Shown here: piece after piece, positions 58,664 through 64,000 of the stretch
How positions within the stretch are numbered: the first letter of the stretch is position 1
Layout: every line of letters starts with the position of its first letter
Assembly (NCBI GenBank): GCA_013003535.1
Contig: JABDIY010000162.1
Coordinates: 58,130-122,129, forward strand
Length of the DNA stretch: 64,000 nt
Source: Acidimicrobiales bacterium
GTDB taxonomy: Bacteria; Actinomycetota; Acidimicrobiia; Acidimicrobiales; SZUA-35
Reading direction: 5' to 3'
Made by a program: the position numbers and the translations under genes
Notes under the pieces: model-generated
Seen by the model: only the letters and a program-made list of their open reading frames with translations
Databases searched by the model: none
Told to the model about the DNA's origin: nothing

Positions 58664-59424
58664 CCGCACAGAACCCGCTAACGCTGGAGCCCTTCTCCAT
58701 GAACGTGAAATCCCGAGATATCGAAACGCCCGAGCGGGCGCTGGCCATCGGGGCTCACCCTGACGATTCCGACTTCGGCTGCGGAGCCACACTGGCCAAG
58801 TGGGCGGCGCAGGGCTGCGATGTCAACGTGCTGGTTTGCACGGACGGCTCGAAGGGCACTTGGGATTCCACCGCCGACAAGTCAACCCTCATTCGGACTC
58901 GCCAGGAGGAACAAATCGCCGCCACGCGAGCCCTCGGTGGGATGGGCGAAGTGGTGTTCCTCGGTTATCCCGATGGTGAGCTTCCATCAGATCTGGAGGC
59001 AAGGGCGGCCGTGGCATATTGGATTCGCCAACTGCGCCCTACCGTGGTGCTCGGCCATGATCCCTGGAAGCGTTATCGGCTCCACCCGGACCATCGCCAT
59101 GCCGGGCTCCTGGCCTGTGAGGGCATCGTGGCGGCACGAGATCCGAAATTCTTTCCCGATCAAGGGGTCCCCCACTTCAGACCCGACAAACTGTTGCTCT
59201 TCGAAGCGGACGAGCCCGATCACGCCGAAGAAGTCTCGGGCACCGTGGGGGCCAAAATGCTCGCCCTCCGCCAGCACGAGAGCCAATTCGAATCCACAAT
59301 GATAAAGAACAGCGGCGGTTCCATGATCGACTTCGACAGGCGGGTGGAGGCAAAACTTCGCGAGGCTGGCACTGCTGCCGGTGTCACCCACGCCGAAGTC
59401 TTCAAACTCATCACCGACCTCTGA
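58660..59424 (+). CDS. PIG-L/LmbE-family deacetylase
   Basis: AHPDDSDFGCG, TDGSKG, HPDHRHAG, HESQF. ATGA overlap with cofC. Confidence 0.9.
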   Translation: MTAQNPLTLEPFSMNVKSRDIETPERALAIGAHPDDSDFGCGATLAKWAAQGCDVNVLVCTDGSKGTWDSTADKSTLIRTRQEEQIAATRALGGMGEVVFLGYPDGELPSDLEARAAVAYWIRQLRPTVVLGHDPWKRYRLHPDHRHAGLLACEGIVAARDPKFFPDQGVPHFRPDKLLLFEADEPDHAEEVSGTVGAKMLALRQHESQFESTMIKNSGGSMIDFDRRVEAKLREAGTAAGVTHAEVFKLITDL

Positions 59425-59427
59425 CGG

Positions 59428-60405
59428 CTACGGCTCCCGTCTTCCCAGTCCGGCCGATTCGTAGGCGGCATCGATCAATTCCATCGTGGCGATGGCATCC
59501 TGACCGCCGGTCGGAACCGTGCCGCCCTGTGCGACGGCCTCTACAAATCGCTCCATCTGATGGTGATATGTGGTTCGACCGTCCACTTCCTCGTCAATCC
59601 CCGCCGCCTCCACCACGACGCGGTTGCCGTTGTGAGGAGCGAGTGGGTTGGTCGCCACCATTGTCCCCTCGGTCCCCACCACGGTGAGCGATGCGTGGAA
59701 CTCCGTGCCGTGGGTCATCTTGGTTCGTAAAACTCCCGGTACGCCGTTGGGGTACCGGATGTGAATCTCGGTGTCGACGTCTGCTCGGGGTCGACCTTCT
59801 TTCATCGTTGCGGACACCACCGTCGGTTCCTCGCCCGGCATGACGAAACGAGCCCACTGAACGGGATAACACCCAAGATCCATCAATGCTCCGCCGCAGA
59901 GTTCTGCACTGTGGCGAACATCATCATCAGGATCGATGTAGACATCGAACCGGGCCTCAACCGACTGAACCTCGCCTAAAAGACCGCTCTCAAGGAGTTG
60001 CCCGATACGGCTCGCCATCGGGTGATAACGCCAGTGATAGGCCTCCATACAAACCCGCCCACTGGCGTCGGCCGCATCGACGATCGCGCGGGCAAGGTCG
60101 GCATTGGCGGCGAACGGCTTCTCGCTCAAGACATGTTTGCCGGCTTCCAAGGCCCGGATCGTCCACGTATGGTGAAGGCTCACAGGCAGAGGGTTGTACA
60201 CCGCATGGATTTCAGGATCGTCCAGGATCTCTTCGTAGGTGTCATACACCCGCTCGATCCCCCACCGATCAGCGTCGGACTGAGCCCGGTGCCGGCCGCG
60301 GGCGGCGATGGCCCGAAGGTCGACGCCAGCCGTGTCTTGCACTGGCTGGTAGAGCGCCTTGCCGCTAATACGAGCCGCACCGAGGACACCGAATTGAAGA
60401 GTCAT
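59428..60405 (-). CDS. Gfo/Idh/MocA oxidoreductase
   Basis: GVLGAARI, HVLSEKPF, EAYHWRYHP, GGALMDLGCY. Confidence 0.92.
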   Translation of the reverse strand: MTLQFGVLGAARISGKALYQPVQDTAGVDLRAIAARGRHRAQSDADRWGIERVYDTYEEILDDPEIHAVYNPLPVSLHHTWTIRALEAGKHVLSEKPFAANADLARAIVDAADASGRVCMEAYHWRYHPMASRIGQLLESGLLGEVQSVEARFDVYIDPDDDVRHSAELCGGALMDLGCYPVQWARFVMPGEEPTVVSATMKEGRPRADVDTEIHIRYPNGVPGVLRTKMTHGTEFHASLTVVGTEGTMVATNPLAPHNGNRVVVEAAGIDEEVDGRTTYHHQMERFVEAVAQGGTVPTGGQDAIATMELIDAAYESAGLGRREP

Positions 60406-60469
60406 ATTGTCATCGTTACACGACTTCTTGCCGTTTACGATTTCCTCGGTCCATTGGTACCGTTCAAGC

Positions 60470-60949
60470 ATGAAGGTTCGTATCGGCCCGGTGAAAACCA
60501 CGGACATGGCAGAGTGGCTCCGCTTTAGTCGAAGGATCGGTTGCGACCTCCGCACGGACCCAGGCGATATGGCATCCCACTCAGCACTCGGCCAAGTACG
60601 GGAATGGAACAAACTGCTCGACGAGTGGGCTGAAGAACTGGAATCTGGGGAGCCTGGAGATTCGCTTCTGGCGAGCGATGACGGCAGCTTCAATTGGGAT
60701 GGCGAATTCGACCCCGACCGAGCCGAGTACCTGATGCACTCCATGCAGAAGACCATCCACTCCGCCACCGTCCACAAACTGGTCACAGCAGACGACCTCC
60801 GGAAACACGGCTGGCTCACAATGCATGTGATGCAACGCTTTATCGAATCGTTGGCAAGCGAAGGCGCCGCTCACGAAGAATACGTTGATCAGTTACGCCA
60901 AATCGTCAAAGACTTCGGAGCCCGAATCGAGGAGCACACCTCGGACTAG
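60470..60949 (+). CDS. Hypothetical helical protein
   Basis: 159 aa, good codon pattern, TACCGT 6 nt upstream. The 3' end overlaps the convergent NUDIX gene. Confidence 0.7.
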   Translation: MKVRIGPVKTTDMAEWLRFSRRIGCDLRTDPGDMASHSALGQVREWNKLLDEWAEELESGEPGDSLLASDDGSFNWDGEFDPDRAEYLMHSMQKTIHSATVHKLVTADDLRKHGWLTMHVMQRFIESLASEGAAHEEYVDQLRQIVKDFGARIEEHTSD

Positions 60950-61393
60950 CTCCGCCACCTTGGCCTGCCCTTTGTGCAGATATCTCTCAGCCTCGTCCAG
61001 CCTTACCCATGCCGCCGCATCCACCTCAGGGATACTCAGCTGCTTGCCCGAACGAGGTGGCCATTCGATCACAGTGGAGTTGCTGAGGAGGGTCGCTGGA
61101 TCGAAATCACCTCTGATGAGAAACGGATAGATGTGTTTGCCTGACGCCTTCACGACCGGAAGCGCAATCAGGTCACCATCCCGGGGCAACTCGGACCCCA
61201 TCTCCTCGGCAAACTCCCGGCGGGCCGTTATGGCGGGCGCTTCCTGATCGGGGACGAACTCCCCCTTTGGGATGCTCCAGGCATGATCGTTCTTGCCGGC
61301 CCAGAACGGCCCGCCAGGGTGAACCAACAGGATCTCGGGGTCGCCATCAGAATCGCGCCGCCACATCACGATTCCGGCGCTGTGTTTCACCAC
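60893..61393 (-). CDS. NUDIX hydrolase
   Basis: LLVHPGGPFW, WSIPKGE, ARREFAEEMG, EWPPRSG...PEVD. Confidence 0.92.
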   Translation of the reverse strand: MVKHSAGIVMWRRDSDGDPEILLVHPGGPFWAGKNDHAWSIPKGEFVPDQEAPAITARREFAEEMGSELPRDGDLIALPVVKASGKHIYPFLIRGDFDPATLLSNSTVIEWPPRSGKQLSIPEVDAAAWVRLDEAERYLHKGQAKVAELVRGVLLDSGSEVFDDLA

Positions 61394-61408
61394 GATGACC
61401 CCACCGGT

Positions 61409-62992
61409 TCAGACGCTGCGGAGGGGTTGACCAGGTAGGCGGTCGCGTTGAGCAACGCCCCCCTCCAGGACCGGAACTCCGTTGACCAGAACCGTGCTGA
61501 TCCCTGCCGACTCTCTTGCGGGCGTAGCGACGGTAGCCCGATCGATGATCGTGGCGGGGTCAAACACGGTGATGTCGGCATCGGCCCCAATCTGTAGGCG
61601 ACCTTTCCGGCCCATCGCCGGCAGCATGGATTGCGTTCGACGGGCGGGAAGAATGGTCATCTTGGCCAGGGCATCCATGAGGCTCAGAAGGTTGCGCTCT
61701 CGAACGTAGACGCCGAGCGTTCTGGCAAAGGTCCCTGATGCCCGCGGATGATTGTTCCCGTCGGGATCAGCAATTGCGTCAGAGCCGATAATCGTCCACG
61801 GCTGCTGCATTGCAAGATCGACATCGGCCAAAGGGATCGAACCGAGAGCGGCAACCAGCTTGTTTTCGGCCTTGGCCTGCTCAAACGTGTCCGCGGACAA
61901 GATGGTCTCAGTACCTCCGACCTGCAGATTGCCGTAGTCGATCCGAAAGCGACTCCGCCAGTCCCCGGCAAAACGCAAACTCTGCAGACGAGTGGCCCAG
62001 AAGTCGTACGGATAGAGGCAGGCGGTGACGTCGACCCCCTCGGCCCGAGCCGCATTCACCGTAGCAAGGGTTTCGGCCATGGTGAAGGTTCCGCCGGTAC
62101 TGGTGATATGCGAGATATGTACGCTCCGGCCGGTGGCTTTCGCAATCTCCAGGACCTCCGCTATTGCCTCGGCGTTGGTTCCCGGCGGGTCCGGATCACT
62201 ATGGCGCACATGAAAGAACAGCGTGCCATTCTGGGGCCCCGCCAGCGCACCTAGGCGAATCATCTCCTCGGTGGTGGTGCCCGGTGCATACTCCGGCGAG
62301 AAAGCGATTCCGCCGAAACCACCAGCCAACTGTTCGGTTGCGAGCGCCTCGAAGTCAACCATTTGCCCGGCGGCCAGAGGCTGGTCCGGCGCAGCCTTGA
62401 TGCCGAGACCCCGGTGGAACTGGTGGTGAAACGCACCGCCAAAATTGACCGGCACCGAGTTTGTAAACCGTTCGAAAAAGGGCTTCGCGTAGTTGTTGAT
62501 GCCGTGCATCCCAAGGTTGGACGTCACGCCATCCGCCACTTTGAACCACACGCCATACGCATTGGGTCGGTAGCTGAGAATGTCGATGAAACCCGGCGAA
62601 ACAACCTGCCCCGCTGCATCAATGATCTGCACACCATCCAGCGATTCCGCGCCCACGTACCCGATAGCGCCACCGATGACACCAACGTTCATAACCCGGT
62701 CGAAGCCAGAATCGGGATCCATCACTCGACCACCGTTGATCACCACATCAAAGAGCGTCGAGGGGTCGGCCGCCCTGGCCGGATCGAAGACGACGGGCTC
62801 CACCGCCCCCACCTGAGTGGATCCTAAAACCTCCACATCGGCATCACCCAGTTCGACGGACGGGTCGACCGGACCGCTGGCGTCGACGCGCTCACCATCT
62901 CGGTTGGGAACCGCCGATATCGCGCCCAGCGTGGCCACGCTGGCTGCGCCGTAGCCCAGACTTATGAGCAGTCGCCGTCGGTTCTGGTCCAC
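61409..62992 (-). CDS. Tat-signal amidohydrolase (N-acyl-D-amino-acid deacylase-like)
   Basis: NRRRLLI Tat motif, VSPGFID, FHVRH, HISH, IGSDA, HPRASGTF, GADADITVFDP. Confidence 0.87.
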   Translation of the reverse strand: MDQNRRRLLISLGYGAASVATLGAISAVPNRDGERVDASGPVDPSVELGDADVEVLGSTQVGAVEPVVFDPARAADPSTLFDVVINGGRVMDPDSGFDRVMNVGVIGGAIGYVGAESLDGVQIIDAAGQVVSPGFIDILSYRPNAYGVWFKVADGVTSNLGMHGINNYAKPFFERFTNSVPVNFGGAFHHQFHRGLGIKAAPDQPLAAGQMVDFEALATEQLAGGFGGIAFSPEYAPGTTTEEMIRLGALAGPQNGTLFFHVRHSDPDPPGTNAEAIAEVLEIAKATGRSVHISHITSTGGTFTMAETLATVNAARAEGVDVTACLYPYDFWATRLQSLRFAGDWRSRFRIDYGNLQVGGTETILSADTFEQAKAENKLVAALGSIPLADVDLAMQQPWTIIGSDAIADPDGNNHPRASGTFARTLGVYVRERNLLSLMDALAKMTILPARRTQSMLPAMGRKGRLQIGADADITVFDPATIIDRATVATPARESAGISTVLVNGVPVLEGGVAQRDRLPGQPLRSV

Positions 62993-63065
62993 ACTGCCAA
63001 ATCTAGATCGGCACTCTCGATCGCATCGGTCAATCCCCCCTATTCAGAACAGATAACCTCAAGGG

Positions 63066-64000
63066 GTGCCCAACTCCCTTCCTGCCATCTACCCGTTGGG
63101 CATCGTCGGCTCGGGCCAGATCGCCCGCATGATCCACACCGCCGCATTGCAGTTGGGAATCACGCCGCGACTCATGGCCGAAGACTCCGGCGATTCTGCG
63201 GCGCTGGCCGCACCGGAAGCGAGTTTCCGCCATCCCGACGCTCTCTCCTCGTTCGCAGAGCTCTGCGAGGTCGTCACCTTCGAACACGAACGGGTCGACC
63301 TGGGAATGATCGAATATATGGAGGAAGCAGGAACCATTATCCGGCCGGGCACAAAAGCGCTTCGCGCCGCTATGGACAAAGCCCACCAGCGGCGAATCCT
63401 GCTGAATCGTGGCTTCAACGTGCCGCCTTTCGCTGAACTATGGGGACCGGATGATGTCATCGATTTCGCCGGCATGTTTGGTTGGCCCACCGTGATCAAG
63501 TCTGTCCGATCCGGTGGTCAGGCCGACCGCGGCGCATGGATTGTGGACAACCAATCCGACGCCCTCAGGGTGATGGCCGAACAATTCGAGCGGGAACTGA
63601 TAATCGAAGCGTTCCAACCAATCGTGAAAGAGCTCGTGGTCGTGGTAGCCCGCCGACCCGGCGGAAACGCTCGCTGCTACCCGGTGGCAGAGGCGGTCAA
63701 CATTGAAGGCGTCTGCAAGGAGATCCGATCCCCCGCTGCCATAGGAAGCCGAGTGGCCACCGAGGCGATGGAAACTGCGCGAAAGATCGCCGATGAGCTC
63801 GACGCCCAAGGTGTGATCGCAGTGGAGTTCTTCCTCACGACGGCCGGTCTGGTCGTGAACGAGATTGCTGCCCGTCCCCACAATGCCGGACATCACACAA
63901 TCGAGAATGCTCCTACCAGCCAATTCGAGAATCATGTCCGAGCTGTGCTCGATCTTCCCCTCGGGCCGACGCATGCACTCAACAAGGCCAGCGTCACGAT
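63066..64000 (+). CDS. purK: N5-CAIR synthase (partial, runs off the window)
   Basis: Hand translation LGIVGSGQIARM, VVTFEHERVD, AMDKAHQR, ELVVVVAR, VEFF...NEIAARPHNAGHHTIE...SQFENHVRA. Confidence 0.93.
   Translation, partial: MPNSLPAIYPLGIVGSGQIARMIHTAALQLGITPRLMAEDSGDSAALAAPEASFRHPDALSSFAELCEVVTFEHERVDLGMIEYMEEAGTIIRPGTKALRAAMDKAHQRRILLNRGFNVPPFAELWGPDDVIDFAGMFGWPTVIKSVRSGGQADRGAWIVDNQSDALRVMAEQFERELIIEAFQPIVKELVVVVARRPGGNARCYPVAEAVNIEGVCKEIRSPAAIGSRVATEAMETARKIADELDAQGVIAVEFFLTTAGLVVNEIAARPHNAGHHTIENAPTSQFENHVRAVLDLPLGPTHALNKASVT

Noticed and set aside
59428-60819. 463-aa version of the Gfo/Idh/MocA ORF
   Set aside because: The Rossmann motif starts at MTLQFGVLG (60405), and the extension overlaps the divergent gene.
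1-64000. Prophage, IS or integrative element in the window
   Set aside because: No integrase, transposase, phage structural genes, tRNA attachment site or sustained compositional shift was seen.

Overview
A gene-dense, GC-rich (low-60s % by eye) chromosomal window, most likely from an Acidimicrobiia-type actinobacterium. The lineage call rests on mycothiol amidase mca, the F420 gene cofC/fbiD, nucS, the imuA'-imuB-dnaE2 set, actinobacterial CGAAC-N4-GTTCG LexA boxes and many leaderless starts. About 65 CDSs are supported, including two small ORFs too short for the ORF track. No rRNA, tRNA, CRISPR array, transposase or prophage was seen. The best leads are: (1) an unannotated ~215-nt highly structured ncRNA candidate with Ms1/6S-like architecture and its own -10 box (33250-33465, minus); (2) a ~47-bp hairpin element inserted in-frame in dnaE2 and probably in imuB, read in different frames; (3) a larE-larB-larC nickel-pincer operon with no larA nearby, translationally coupled to a Zn-alcohol dehydrogenase; (4) a Regnase-like PIN RNase-S1-histone-H1-like ORF with an internal RBS and start; (5) a PARP-type zinc-finger microprotein divergent from nucS; (6) a four-prepilin Tad cluster with duplicated TadG-like tips; (7) a dispersed 38-bp GGCAG...CTGCC intergenic repeat family. 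All family calls come from motif recognition by eye, with no database searches, and start codons were adjusted by hand.
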